64,000 bases of DNA from an uncultured Nitrospiraceae bacterium (GTDB lineage: Bacteria > Nitrospirota > Nitrospiria > Nitrospirales > Nitrospiraceae): positions 96,001 to 160,000 of the forward strand of contig CAVPLT010000004.1 of the NCBI GenBank assembly GCA_963706325.1, read 5' to 3'. The stretch's first letter is position 1. Each line of letters begins with the position of its first letter. The position numbers were made by a program, and so were the translations under genes. Shown in pieces: positions 19,399 to 29,700 of the stretch. The notes beneath the pieces were generated by a model. It searched no databases. It had not been told where the DNA came from and saw nothing but the letters and a program-made list of their open reading frames with translations.

Positions 19399-22101
19399 AT
19401 GGCACAGCCACTGGATACGGGTTCGCAAATATTGCAGGAGTCAGCCCCCGCAGCGGGGGCGCATCGGCTGGCGGATCAGCGCGAGGCGATTCACCAACGG
19501 CTGCTGACCGGTGCGTCGGGTGACGAGGTAGTGGCGATGACCACGGATGTGGTCGACGGCTTGATCGTAGGACAGTACCGCACCGCGGCGCGAACTGGTG
19601 GAGAGGCATTCACGACCGCCGGATTTCAGCATTGCTGTCTGGTCGCGCTGGGCGGCTATGGCCGGCGGGAGATGGCGCCACACTCTGATATCGACCTGAT
19701 GTTTCTGTTTCACCCCGATGCGGCGAAGGTCATCCCAGAGCTGGTGAAACAGGTGCTCCATCCCTTGTGGGACAGTGGATTTCAGGTGGGCCATAGCGTG
19801 CGTACGATCCAAGACTGCGTGGATTTGGGGCTCGCTGATTTGACGGTTCGCACCTCGATGATGGAAGCGCGGTTTCTCGCCGGGAGCGCCGAACTCTTTC
19901 AGCAATTCCATGCGCGCTATGTCAGAAAGGTGGTGTCGAGACGGGCCGATGCCTACGTGGAGCAGAAGGTTGCCGAGCGACATCGCGAGTACCAGAAGTT
20001 CGGCGAGACCGTGTATTTGCTGGAACCGAACGTCAAGAAAAGCCAAGGCGGGTTGCGCGACCTGCACCTCCTACAGTGGGTCGGGTTGGCGCGGTATCAG
20101 GCGCCCACAATTCGTGAATTGTCCGACCGCGGGATTTTGTCCCAAGCCGACTACCAGGCCATCAAGGAGGCGCGGGAGTTTCTCTTGCGCGTTCGTTCGT
20201 TTCTCCATATTCGGGCCGGCATGGCGCAGGAAATTCTGACCTTCGATGAACAGGTCTGGTTGGCCACACAGCTCGGTTTTACCGATCGCCCGCATCTTCT
20301 CGCCGTCGAGCAGTTCATGCAGCAGTATTATCTTCATACCATGGGGCTTCATGCCGCTTCGATGCGATTCGTGGAACGTTGCCGTCGCCGCTCATTGTGG
20401 CAGCGGCTCGTCCGATGGTTGCCGTCACCGCGGCTCGATCAGTACTTCGTGGTTGATGGCCAAGCCTTGACGGTGCCCGTCGAGTTACGTTCCCAGGTGC
20501 TGGATCGGCCGGCCACGCTTCTGAGGCTCTTTGACCTGGCACGCTCAAAAAAAATGAGCATCGATCCGTCGCTGCTGGAAGACATTCACCGGCATGCGGA
20601 GATGTTGTCGGTCGAGGGGTTCCGTACGCCGGAGACGGCGCGTACCTTCCTGTCGATCTTGGCCGGGCCTGGAACAGCGCGAACATTGGAAGCCATGCAT
20701 CGCGCGCATCTGTTGGAAAAGCTGGTGCCGGCCTTCGCGCGCGTGCGCGGACTGATGCAATTCAATCAGTACCACAAGTACACGGTTGATGAGCATAGTC
20801 TCCTGGCGGTGGCCAAGGCGGAAGCCTTAGCTGACCATCAGGGTGTGTTGGGTGAAGTGTATCGGGAGATCAAGCGGAAGGACTTGCTGCATTTGGCCGT
20901 GTTGCTCCACGACCTGGGCAAGGGGCATGAGGAAGACCATAGCGAAGTCGGAAAACGATTGGCTGAAGATACGGCGGCCCTGTTGGGATTCGATGAGCGG
21001 GACACCCGAACGCTCGTCATGCTCGTCCACCGTCACTTACTGATGGCCCATACGGCGTTTCGCCGGGATCCTTACGATGAAAAAGTATTACTGCCGTTTG
21101 CCCGTGAAGTCGGCACGCCCGAGGTGCTCCGCAAGTTGCTGGCTCTGACGGCGGCTGATATTGCCGCGGTCGGTCCGGACGTGCTGACGAAATGGAAAGA
21201 GTCGCTGTTGATCGAATTGTATCTGCGGGCCATGCAGGAAGTATCCGGCGAGCGTGAGACGGTCGATGAACCGCAACGATTGGCGCTTGTCGTCGCTGAC
21301 GTGGCATCGCAGCAGGCTTCGGATCCGGATATTCCAACTGACAGAGTATGGATCCAATCTGAGTTGGAACAGTTTCCACTACGCTATGTGTATGGGACAC
21401 CTGCCCGGCGCATTGCCGCGCATCTCGCCGCGATACATGGACTGCAGGTCGGCGGAGTGATGGTCGATACCGATTTCAATCCCCAGCTAGGGACCTGTGA
21501 ATATGTGGTGGTCGCGCATAACGATCTGATTCCCGGTTTGTTTTCTAAAATTGCCGGAGTCATGGCGGCGGGGGGGTTGCAGATTCTGGATGCCCAGATT
21601 GTGACGCGAAAAGACGGCATCGTCGTCGATACGTTTCAAGTCGCCGACCCCGACTATCAAGGCGCTCCTCCTGCGGAACGACGCGAGTCGATCGGCCAGA
21701 GAATCACGGAGGTGTTGACCTGCCGCCAGACCATCGAAGCGATGATGCGTCGCGGGGCCAGGCTCAGCATGGGACGGTCATTTCCGGCGCATCGGCAACC
21801 CGCTGAGGTGCGGATCGACAATGAAACGTCCGACCGGTTCACCATCCTCGACGTGTTTGCTGACGATCGGCAAGGGTTGCTCTACGTCATCACCAATGCA
21901 ATTTTTCAGTTGGGATTGTCCGTCCATGCGTCACGAATTTCCACCCGCCTCGATCAGGTGGCGGACGTGTTTTATGTGACGAGTATGGAGGGCAAGAAGG
22001 TGGAGGAGGCTGGTCGGCTGGAATCGATCCGGACGGCGATCCTCAGCGCGATCGAGACGTTTCTCGGTGCCAATGCGGCGCAAGACGCAGGGCGTGGGTA
22101 G
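19399..22101 (+). CDS. glnD: PII uridylyltransferase/uridylyl-removing enzyme
   Basis: ALGGYGRREMAPHSDIDL, EPNVKKSQGGLRD, HD domain (YHKYTVDEH, LLHDLGKG) and two C-terminal ACT domains. Confidence 0.95.
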   Translation: MAQPLDTGSQILQESAPAAGAHRLADQREAIHQRLLTGASGDEVVAMTTDVVDGLIVGQYRTAARTGGEAFTTAGFQHCCLVALGGYGRREMAPHSDIDLMFLFHPDAAKVIPELVKQVLHPLWDSGFQVGHSVRTIQDCVDLGLADLTVRTSMMEARFLAGSAELFQQFHARYVRKVVSRRADAYVEQKVAERHREYQKFGETVYLLEPNVKKSQGGLRDLHLLQWVGLARYQAPTIRELSDRGILSQADYQAIKEAREFLLRVRSFLHIRAGMAQEILTFDEQVWLATQLGFTDRPHLLAVEQFMQQYYLHTMGLHAASMRFVERCRRRSLWQRLVRWLPSPRLDQYFVVDGQALTVPVELRSQVLDRPATLLRLFDLARSKKMSIDPSLLEDIHRHAEMLSVEGFRTPETARTFLSILAGPGTARTLEAMHRAHLLEKLVPAFARVRGLMQFNQYHKYTVDEHSLLAVAKAEALADHQGVLGEVYREIKRKDLLHLAVLLHDLGKGHEEDHSEVGKRLAEDTAALLGFDERDTRTLVMLVHRHLLMAHTAFRRDPYDEKVLLPFAREVGTPEVLRKLLALTAADIAAVGPDVLTKWKESLLIELYLRAMQEVSGERETVDEPQRLALVVADVASQQASDPDIPTDRVWIQSELEQFPLRYVYGTPARRIAAHLAAIHGLQVGGVMVDTDFNPQLGTCEYVVVAHNDLIPGLFSKIAGVMAAGGLQILDAQIVTRKDGIVVDTFQVADPDYQGAPPAERRESIGQRITEVLTCRQTIEAMMRRGARLSMGRSFPAHRQPAEVRIDNETSDRFTILDVFADDRQGLLYVITNAIFQLGLSVHASRISTRLDQVADVFYVTSMEGKKVEEAGRLESIRTAILSAIETFLGANAAQDAGRG

Positions 22102-22133
22102 TCATTTTCATCGGCGGTTGAAAGGAGGAGGGG

Positions 22134-23543
22134 ATGAACGTTCGTGAGGTCTTAGATTTTGCTAAGAAAAACAAGGTCCAGGTCGTGGACATGAAATTCG
22201 TGGACCTGATCGGAACCTGGCAGCATTTCACCATTCCGATCAGCGAACTGACGGAAGGCCTGTTCAAGGACGGCTCGGGGCTGGATGGCTCGTCGATTCG
22301 AGGCTGGAGAGCGATCAATAACAGCGACATGTTGCTCGTGCCTGATCCGTCAACCGCCTGTCTGGACCCCTTCTGCTCCGTACCGACCCTGAGCCTGGTC
22401 GGCAATGTGGTCGACCCGATCACGCGTGAAACCTATGATCGGGATCCGCGATATATCGCGCAGAAGGCGGAGAAATATCTGCAAAGCACCAAGATCGGCG
22501 ACATTTCCTATTGGGGCCCGGAAGCCGAATTTTTTATCTTCGATCATGCGCGTTATGACCAAACGAATCACAGTGGGTATTACTTCATCGATTCCGATGA
22601 GGGCGTGTGGAATATGGGGCAGGAAGGCGTGAACCTGGGCGGCAAGATCCGCCACAAGGAGGGATACTTCCCTGTGCCGCCGACTGACACGCAGCAGGAC
22701 ATCCGCACCGAAATGGTGCTGGAAATGGAAAAGGCCGGCATCGCCACCGAGAAACATCACCATGAAGTGGCCACGGCGGGTCAGGCGGAAATCGACATTC
22801 GGTTCGATAGCCTGGTGAGAACCGCGGACAAAATGATGATGTTCAAATACATCGTCAAGAACGTCGCGCGGCGGCATGGCAAGACTGCCACCTTCATGCC
22901 GAAACCCATTTTCGGAGACAATGGGTCGGGCATGCATACGCACCAGAGCATCTGGAAAGAGGGCAAGCCCCTGTTCGCCGGGAAAGAGTATGCGGGCGTG
23001 TCGCAGATGTGTTTGCACTACATCGGGGGCATCCTGAAGCATGCGCCGGCGCTGGCCGCCTTCACCAATCCCTCGACCAATTCCTACAAGCGACTGACGC
23101 CGGGCTTTGAAGCGCCGGTGCTGCTGGCCTATTCAAGCCGCAACCGGTCTGCCGGCATTCGCATTCCCATGTATTCACCCAGCCCTAAGGCGAAGCGGAT
23201 TGAAGTGCGTTTCCCTGATCCGGCTGCAAACCCCTACCTTGCCTTTGCCGCCATGCTCATGGCCGGCTTGGACGGGATCGAAAACAAAATCAATCCTGGC
23301 GAGCCGGCGGAGAAAGATCTGTACGATCTCGAAGCCAAGGAAGCCGCCAAGATTCGAACCATGCCGGGGAGTTTGGATGAGGCGCTCAATCACCTCGAGA
23401 AGAATCACCAATTCCTGCTGAAGGGCGGCGTATTTAGCGAAGACCTGATCGAGTCTTGGATCGCCTACAAGCGTAGTAAGGAAGTGGATACGATGCGGTT
23501 GCGGCCGCATCCGTATGAATTCTTCCTGTATTACGACGTGTAG
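22134..23543 (+). CDS. glnA: Glutamine synthetase type I (adenylylatable)
   Basis: [51 protein letters not shown] adenylylation site. Confidence 0.98.
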   Translation: MNVREVLDFAKKNKVQVVDMKFVDLIGTWQHFTIPISELTEGLFKDGSGLDGSSIRGWRAINNSDMLLVPDPSTACLDPFCSVPTLSLVGNVVDPITRETYDRDPRYIAQKAEKYLQSTKIGDISYWGPEAEFFIFDHARYDQTNHSGYYFIDSDEGVWNMGQEGVNLGGKIRHKEGYFPVPPTDTQQDIRTEMVLEMEKAGIATEKHHHEVATAGQAEIDIRFDSLVRTADKMMMFKYIVKNVARRHGKTATFMPKPIFGDNGSGMHTHQSIWKEGKPLFAGKEYAGVSQMCLHYIGGILKHAPALAAFTNPSTNSYKRLTPGFEAPVLLAYSSRNRSAGIRIPMYSPSPKAKRIEVRFPDPAANPYLAFAAMLMAGLDGIENKINPGEPAEKDLYDLEAKEAAKIRTMPGSLDEALNHLEKNHQFLLKGGVFSEDLIESWIAYKRSKEVDTMRLRPHPYEFFLYYDV

Positions 23544-23570
23544 CCTGCCGACCCCGGCATCAACAATCCC

Positions 23571-23600
23571 TTGACGATGCTACAGGGGCGATGGTATACA
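23571..23600 (+). promoter_or_regulatory. Putative promoter TTGACG-N18-TATACA upstream of the FNT-cynS-nirA operon
   Basis: TTGACG 23571-23576 and TATACA 23595-23600. Confidence 0.65.
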
Positions 23601-23619
23601 TGGTCCTGCGGGTGAGAGA

Positions 23620-23712
23620 AGGCAACGAGGCCTAATTTACACCGGTACTACAATATGTACACGGACAAAGGCGTCCGTCATTCTTACAAGAGTGGCGGAC
23701 GTCTTATTTTTT
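23620..23712 (+). promoter_or_regulatory. ANTAR-type dual-hairpin antitermination leader, first unit
   Basis: P1 is AGGC-AACGAG-GCCT (23620-33) and P2 is ACGGAC-AAAGGC-GTCCGT (23661-78). Terminator stem 23671-84/23689-702 is followed by CTTATTTTTT. Confidence 0.8.
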
Positions 23713-23714
23713 AG

Positions 23715-23816
23715 CCGACGGCGAAGTCGGTAAAGTTAATCTTGGTGAGGCATGACAGCCTCGCCCCAGGACAACGACGTCCTCTTCCCAGCCGCGGGAT
23801 GAGGGCGTTTTTTTTT
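23715..23816 (+). promoter_or_regulatory. ANTAR-type dual-hairpin antitermination leader, second tandem unit
   Basis: P1 is CCGAC-GGCGAA-GTCGG (23715-30; loop position 1 is G) and P2 is AGGAC-AACGAC-GTCCT (23768-83). Terminator 23777-89/23796-808 is followed by T9. Confidence 0.75.
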
Positions 23817-23851
23817 GCACGTCGGTCCATCAATCACAGGAGGGATAGCTT

Positions 23852-24682
23852 ATGCATGCAGCAGATCACGAGCGAATCGCAGGAGTGGCAGCCAAGAAGT
23901 GGTCGTTTCTCGAACAATCACCAAGCGGATATCTCATCCTTTCAGTCCTCGCCGGGATTTATCTGGGATTTGGGATTGCGCTGATTTTCAGCCTTGGCGG
24001 CCCCTTGGCGGCTGCCGGGTCTCCCGCAGTGAAACTCATCATGGGGGTCTCGTTCGGAATTGCGTTGACGCTCGTGATCTTTGCGGGCTCTGAATTGTTT
24101 ACCGGCAACAACATGATCGGCGCGATCGGAGGACTGTCGAAAAGCCTCTCTTGGCCGCAAGTCGTTCAGCTAAATGCCTGGTCGTGGCTTGGCAACCTCG
24201 TAGGGTCGTTGGCATTGGCGTGGCTGGTCATTCAATCAGGTGTGTTTGCCAAGGGCCCGACCACGGATCTGATTGAGAAGGTGGCCGCGGTAAAAATGTC
24301 GCTTCCAGCCTGGGAACTGTTTGTGCGGGGAATTCTCTGTAACTGGCTGATCTGTCTGGCGGTCTGGATGGCGGCGCGGACGAACAATGACACGGCGAAG
24401 ATCCTCCTGATTTTCTGGTGCCTGTTTGCATTCATTGGCACCGGCTTCGAACACAGTATCGCCAATCAATCGTTCTTGGGCATGGCCCTGTTCCTGCCGC
24501 ATGACGCGGCCGTCAGCTGGGCGGGCTTTTGGTACAACCAAATCTTTGTGGTGCTAGGCAATATCGTCGGTGGCGGGCTGTTTGTCGGCGGGCTCTACTG
24601 GATGGTGAGCCCCTATCGCGTAAAGGAAACGCCGGAGGAGCCTGTCGCTCAGCCGGTCAGTGCGGCAGTCGTCGGGTCATAA
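23852..24682 (+). CDS. nirC: Formate/nitrite transporter family protein (NirC-like; nitrite and/or cyanate channel)
   Basis: AGIYLGFG, AGSELFTGN, GNLVG, RGILCNWLICLA, GFEHSIAN. Confidence 0.85.
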   Translation: MHAADHERIAGVAAKKWSFLEQSPSGYLILSVLAGIYLGFGIALIFSLGGPLAAAGSPAVKLIMGVSFGIALTLVIFAGSELFTGNNMIGAIGGLSKSLSWPQVVQLNAWSWLGNLVGSLALAWLVIQSGVFAKGPTTDLIEKVAAVKMSLPAWELFVRGILCNWLICLAVWMAARTNNDTAKILLIFWCLFAFIGTGFEHSIANQSFLGMALFLPHDAAVSWAGFWYNQIFVVLGNIVGGGLFVGGLYWMVSPYRVKETPEEPVAQPVSAAVVGS

Positions 24683-24728
24683 CAGTGAGATTTTTATTCA
24701 CGGGCGAATCGTTCTGAGGGAGAACAAG

Positions 24729-25169
24729 ATGGAAAAAGAAGCTATACGCAAGGCGATCAAAGCGCAACGGTTGAGCAAGAAGGTGACGATCGCCGAGGTC
24801 GCAAAGACGGTCGGAAAGAATCCTACATTTGTGGCGGCGGCACTGAACGGCAATCACCGCCTCACACCCGAGGAAGCGATGAAGGTCGGAAAGTTGCTGG
24901 ACTTGGATAAGGAACACATCGGCGCCCTCAGCGCTTTTCCTGTTCGCACCGATTTTCCTAATGCGACGGATCCATTCAAGTACCGGTTATTGGAAATCAT
25001 CGGTGTCTACGGAGATTCGATGCGTGAGCAGGCGAATGAGATGTTCGGCGACGGCATCATGAGTGCGATCGACTTCACCCTGGATATGGAAAAGGTCACC
25101 GGAAGTCAGGGGGAGGCCCGCTGCAAGATTACACTGAACGGGAAGTGGCTCGAGTATAAGACGTTCTGA
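24729..25169 (+). CDS. cynS: Cyanase (cyanate hydratase)
   Basis: N-terminal HTH-like domain; DPFKYRLLEIIGVYG, EMFGDGIMSAIDF, ITLNGKWLEY. Confidence 0.95.
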   Translation: MEKEAIRKAIKAQRLSKKVTIAEVAKTVGKNPTFVAAALNGNHRLTPEEAMKVGKLLDLDKEHIGALSAFPVRTDFPNATDPFKYRLLEIIGVYGDSMREQANEMFGDGIMSAIDFTLDMEKVTGSQGEARCKITLNGKWLEYKTF

Positions 25170-25221
25170 AACAGACGGCCATAGTGACGCTGTGACGGCA
25201 ATCAGACGAAGGGAGGACACC

Positions 25222-25419
25222 ATGAACACGAATGCAGAAACGGCTGTACTGACACTTCTGGAGAGACAGGCTCCCCAAACATTCGAAGAATTGATGGCCC
25301 TTTCCGGTCTGAGCGCGTCACAGGTGTTGCTGGTGGTGGATCGATTAAGCCGGGAAGGCACGGTGGTATTGAGGAAAACCGGACCGGACTATTCCGTCGC
25401 ACTGGGAGGCATGAGATGA
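25222..25419 (+). CDS. Small winged-helix-like protein (65 aa)
   Basis: GGAGG RBS; pattern LERQAPQTFEELMALSGLSASQVLLVVDRLSREGTV; stop overlaps the nirA ATG (ATGA). Confidence 0.7.
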   Translation: MNTNAETAVLTLLERQAPQTFEELMALSGLSASQVLLVVDRLSREGTVVLRKTGPDYSVALGGMR

Positions 25420-27023
25420 ACAAGATCGAGGCGATCAAGACGGAACGGGACGGGTTAACAGTGCGCGACATGATCGCGCACTATGCGCTAACCGGGTGGG
25501 AGACCATTCCCGAGGACGATATTCAACGGTTGAAATGGTGCGGGCTATTCCTGAGAAATCCCACTCCCGGCCATTTCATGTTGCGCGTGCGTCTTCCAGG
25601 CGGACGAACGACGTCGGCCCAGCTTGAATCGCTGGCAGGCATTGCACTGCAGTATGGCAATGGTGTGGTGGATGTCACCACGAGACAACAAGTTCAACTG
25701 CGCCACCTGACGATTGAGCATATCCCGGCCGTGTTCGCGAAGCTGTCGGACGCGGGACTCACCTCGCTACAAACCGGCATGGATACGGTTCGCAACATCA
25801 TGACCTGCCCGGTGGCGGGCTTGAATCCGAATGAACTGCTGGATGGAACCGACATCGTTCGCGCCATCAATGAAGAGGTGTTGGGCAATCCCGCCTATAC
25901 GAATCTTCCTCGTAAGTGCAATATTGCCGTGACCGGCTGCCCGGACAATTGCCTCCATACGGAGACGCAAGACATCGCGCTCGTACCGGCCTATCACGAT
26001 CTGGGGCATGACAAGTGCTACGGGTATAACGTGCTGGTCGGCGGAAAGTTGGGTTCAGGTGGTTACCGAATTGCCAGTTCCCTGGATATGTTCGTGAATC
26101 CAGCCGAAGCCCTCGACGTCTGTCGGACCATCCTTCACATTTACCGCGACCATGGGCCGCGCGAGAATCGTACGCAAGCGCGCCTGGCGTTCCTCGTGGA
26201 AGCCTGGGGTGAGGCGCGGTTGCGGCAAGAGGTCGAGGTTCGGATGGGACGGACCTTGCCGGGAGCAGGCACCGATGCGAGGGCGGCAACCGAGCGTGAC
26301 CACATCGGCATCTTCCGCCAAAAGCAACGCGGCATGAATTATATCGGACTCAAGGTATTGGTTGGTCGCGTCAAGGCGGCCGATCTTCGGAATATTGCCG
26401 CGTTGGCGGCTCGGTACGGCACGGGCGAAGTGCGACTGTCGCCGGCGCAAGCTTTCGTCATCCCGCATGTCACTGATCGGTTGGTGGGCGAACTGGCAGA
26501 AGAGCCGCTCGTCAAGCAATTCGCCTACAACCCATCCGCTCTGTACAAGGGGCTCGTGAGCTGTGTGGGAAGCGACTATTGCAATCTGGCAGTTATAGAA
26601 ACCAAGAGCCGGGCTGTCGACACGGCACGTGCCTTGGAGCGTAAGCTGGGCGATGGTCTGAAGCCGATCACGCTGCATTGGTCCGGTTGTCCGGCGGGCT
26701 GCGGCAACCATCTGGTGGCGGACATCGGGCTTTTGGGAAAGAAGGCGAAGGTGGGCGGCAAGGTGATCGATGCGGTCGATATATTCGTCGGCGGCCGATC
26801 GGGGCCTGATCCCAAACTTGCCACCAAGATCATGGAAGATGTTCCCTGCGACAAGCTTCCGTCCGTGCTGGAGACGCTCATGCCTTACCATACGCGAGAA
26901 AAGATGCATCGTGTGCGTGGAAAGGCACTGTCCAAAGCGACGGGGTCGGGTAAGCCGGCGGCATCCGGTACTGAGGCGGCCGGAATCATGCCGGACCTAA
27001 CGCCTCAACCGTTTCCCGCCTAA
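25416..27023 (+). CDS. nirA: Ferredoxin-nitrite reductase (siroheme, assimilatory)
   Basis: FMLRVRLPGG, TTRQQVQL, NLPRKCNIAVTG; siroheme/Fe-S Cys motifs SCVGSDYCNLA and HWSGCPAGCG. Confidence 0.9.
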   Translation: MNKIEAIKTERDGLTVRDMIAHYALTGWETIPEDDIQRLKWCGLFLRNPTPGHFMLRVRLPGGRTTSAQLESLAGIALQYGNGVVDVTTRQQVQLRHLTIEHIPAVFAKLSDAGLTSLQTGMDTVRNIMTCPVAGLNPNELLDGTDIVRAINEEVLGNPAYTNLPRKCNIAVTGCPDNCLHTETQDIALVPAYHDLGHDKCYGYNVLVGGKLGSGGYRIASSLDMFVNPAEALDVCRTILHIYRDHGPRENRTQARLAFLVEAWGEARLRQEVEVRMGRTLPGAGTDARAATERDHIGIFRQKQRGMNYIGLKVLVGRVKAADLRNIAALAARYGTGEVRLSPAQAFVIPHVTDRLVGELAEEPLVKQFAYNPSALYKGLVSCVGSDYCNLAVIETKSRAVDTARALERKLGDGLKPITLHWSGCPAGCGNHLVADIGLLGKKAKVGGKVIDAVDIFVGGRSGPDPKLATKIMEDVPCDKLPSVLETLMPYHTREKMHRVRGKALSKATGSGKPAASGTEAAGIMPDLTPQPFPA

Positions 27024-27085
27024 AAACAGAGGCTTGAGCCGTTGTGACAGTTAGGCTATTCTCTTGAGCTTACCAAGGAGGCAGC

Positions 27086-27862
27086 ATGGCCAAGAGAGTG
27101 AAATCAAGTGAGCAACCCGCCGAAGTTCTGACTCGGCATATCGAACAGATTCGTGAGACATTGGTGGCGTTCCAGCCGTTCCTATCCCGTCGAAAGGTAA
27201 CGGCCTCGTTGGACGGGTTCGATGAGCAAGCCGAGGAGGTACTTATCGAAACCTTCGGCGGAGCCTCCGAGGAACTCGAAGCCTATCAATACGCCAAGCT
27301 CGGCGAAGCCGCCATTGTGCCGGAGGAAGCGCAAGAGGCGGGGACGCACAATATAGACCGCGAAAGCCTCCATCAGCGGAAGCAGGTATTGGAAAGTTGC
27401 CTGGCGCAACTTGAGTTAAAGAAGACCGCCAGGGCGGGCCGGGATTGGCGAAAGACCGTCGGTGACCGGCTGGACGGCCGAACCGTGGCGGAGTTCATGT
27501 CCTCGGAGGTCCGGAGCGTGCATAAAGGCGCTCCGATCAAGGAGGCCGGGCGGTTGCTCCAAAAGTGGCGTATCGGGTCGCTGCTGGTGGATGACGGGTC
27601 GCGGTATATCGGCATTATCACCGACACCGACCTCAGCCGGAAAGCCGTCGCCAAGGGACTCGACCCGAATAGCGCGACGGTTACGTCTTGCATGAGCAAG
27701 GCGGTGGTCACCATCGAAGACAGCGAGCCGCTCATGGAAGCGCTTTCGTTGATGAAAAAAGAGAGCATCCGGCACCTGCCCGTCACGGAAGACGGCACCA
27801 TTATTGGAGTGCTGTCCGTGGGAGATTTATTGCGGGCCTATGAGAAGGTGCTTGAGCTGTAA
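27086..27862 (+). CDS. CBS-pair domain protein with N-terminal helical domain
   Basis: VAEFMS...IGSLLV...IGIITDTDL and IRHLPV...IIGVLSVGDLL. Confidence 0.85.
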   Translation: MAKRVKSSEQPAEVLTRHIEQIRETLVAFQPFLSRRKVTASLDGFDEQAEEVLIETFGGASEELEAYQYAKLGEAAIVPEEAQEAGTHNIDRESLHQRKQVLESCLAQLELKKTARAGRDWRKTVGDRLDGRTVAEFMSSEVRSVHKGAPIKEAGRLLQKWRIGSLLVDDGSRYIGIITDTDLSRKAVAKGLDPNSATVTSCMSKAVVTIEDSEPLMEALSLMKKESIRHLPVTEDGTIIGVLSVGDLLRAYEKVLEL

Positions 27863-27956
27863 ATTTGGCAGCGGTAGGTGTTCCGAAAGATAGTGCGCTA
27901 CACAGCAAAAGGAGCAAAATATCGCCGAACTGTTTCTATTGGGCCAAGAAGCGTTT

Positions 27957-29654
27957 TCATTGGGTGTGGTGAGGATAGGTGGTTTTAAGCGCTGCAATCG
28001 TACTAGCTAGCAGGGCAGGTCCTTTCGCTACTTGGTCAGTTCCGCCGAGTTGATCGTACTCTTTCTTTACGAGAGCGAGACTTTGTTCAATACGAGCGTT
28101 GTCGAGTTTCGACAAGTCCAGCTTAGCGAGATCCTCTCGCGTTGGTTCCGCTTTTCTAGCCAAGCTCGCAATCACATGCATGGCCACGTAGAACCTCAAA
28201 TTATTCCGGTCTTTTGTGACAAGGCCGCTTGAAGATGACTTCAAAAACTCCTCGACGCGTCTCATTGCCTCTGCGCATGTGTAATACAAGTGAATCGGAT
28301 AGTTATCGCTATACAATTTATCGTAGTCCTCATTCTTCTTTAGAAGCGAAGAGGGGCGCGCTCGCGCAGTATCAGGACGCTGAAGCAGGATAGCCATTAC
28401 TGCCTGTGCTAGATGCGGGATGCCGACGATTTTATCGCGAGACTTTCCCTCATTCTTATAGGAATTTTTGCGTCTGTCATAGAACAGCCCTTTCGGTCTG
28501 AAGAACTCTTCAATATCTCGGTGGATTTTATCGGTAGCCCGGAGAGATGCCTGCTGAACTGCCGTTTGGCTATTAGTGGCCTTAATGATCCGATCCCGAC
28601 TCTCTTGTTCCGTCGGAACGATTATGCGTACAAGAATTTTTCTATTGTCGGACTCAGTATTGCACTTTTTGCAGTAGTTAAAAATCTCCGTGGAAGTCTG
28701 GAGACCGTTCACTACCTGTGGATCCTCTATCGTGAGAGCTTTGCCGCTTTGCGATGCTTTTATTGCGATTATGGTGATGCCGTTATTAAGCCACCAAAAA
28801 TCCTCAGAGTGCCGCTCTTGGAGGGATTGCTGGATTTCATCATTTACTTCAGTTCGTCCTTGGTAGTCTCTTACATTCGCTTCAAAAATTTGGCGTCGGA
28901 GTGCCCCTGTGGTGTCGCTTATGAATGTGAAATAGTCACGGACCCGAACCAGGCATACAAAACCAACTTGGCCTTCGGATGAAATAGGATTTTCGGCCAG
29001 AGGAAGGGTGTAAGTCGTCTGCGGAGCTCGCCGTGCGAGCGAGAGAAGTTCAGATGCGCCTAGAAAGTTGAAAGCGAATTCGGCAGAAGGGAAATGCTTG
29101 TGGATAATGGCTTCCAGCTTCTCGACTTTTCGTTGGACATTGTTCTCAGGTCGCTCGCCTTTGCAGACGTAGAAGAACGAAACCCTCAAGGTGGGGAACT
29201 TTGCCGCTAATTGCTGGTGGACTAAGCGAAAGGCGCTAATCGCTTCAACGAGCGACTCGTTATACACTTTCATGAAGGAGCTTGTAGCCTTTGATAGGTC
29301 GAATATGTCGTCGCTGGCTGTAATAAATCGTTCGACAGGCGTTTCTTGAAATCCGGAACTCGTCTTCGCCTGAATTACAATGACATCAAGAATTATATTC
29401 TTTTTTAAGCGATTGTAATCGGGCTCCTCTTGGACAAGTTCCCCATTAACGAAAAGATAGATTGCGTCTATGCCACCATCCCCATTGGCTCCCACAAGCC
29501 CCGACTCGATTTCGTCATAAGAAAGATCAAAGTCCTTTAAAACTTGTTCGGATGTAAAGAGTTCAAAGAATTCTGAGGGAGTTGTTCCAGGATCGATTTC
29601 TGCCTGTCTTTGTTTCAAGATTTCATCAAGAATGATTCTGTCATTTGACGCCAT
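27957..29654 (-). CDS. AIPR family (abortive-infection phage resistance) protein
   Basis: DGGIDAIY, IQAK, IFEANVRDYQG, FWWLNNGITI, PQVVNGLQTS, ATNSQTAV; visibly more AT-rich than its flanks. Confidence 0.85.
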   Translation of the reverse strand: MASNDRIILDEILKQRQAEIDPGTTPSEFFELFTSEQVLKDFDLSYDEIESGLVGANGDGGIDAIYLFVNGELVQEEPDYNRLKKNIILDVIVIQAKTSSGFQETPVERFITASDDIFDLSKATSSFMKVYNESLVEAISAFRLVHQQLAAKFPTLRVSFFYVCKGERPENNVQRKVEKLEAIIHKHFPSAEFAFNFLGASELLSLARRAPQTTYTLPLAENPISSEGQVGFVCLVRVRDYFTFISDTTGALRRQIFEANVRDYQGRTEVNDEIQQSLQERHSEDFWWLNNGITIIAIKASQSGKALTIEDPQVVNGLQTSTEIFNYCKKCNTESDNRKILVRIIVPTEQESRDRIIKATNSQTAVQQASLRATDKIHRDIEEFFRPKGLFYDRRKNSYKNEGKSRDKIVGIPHLAQAVMAILLQRPDTARARPSSLLKKNEDYDKLYSDNYPIHLYYTCAEAMRRVEEFLKSSSSGLVTKDRNNLRFYVAMHVIASLARKAEPTREDLAKLDLSKLDNARIEQSLALVKKEYDQLGGTDQVAKGPALLASTIAALKTTYPHHTQ

Positions 29655-29700
29655 CACGTTCTCCACACAAGTAATAAAGTGAGCTATCGAAGTCTCTAAA

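Noticed and set aside
22090..22133. sigma54/NtrC or GlnR-type sites before glnA
   Set aside because: The intergenic gap is 32 bp and no convincing TGGCAC-N5-TTGC was seen by eye.
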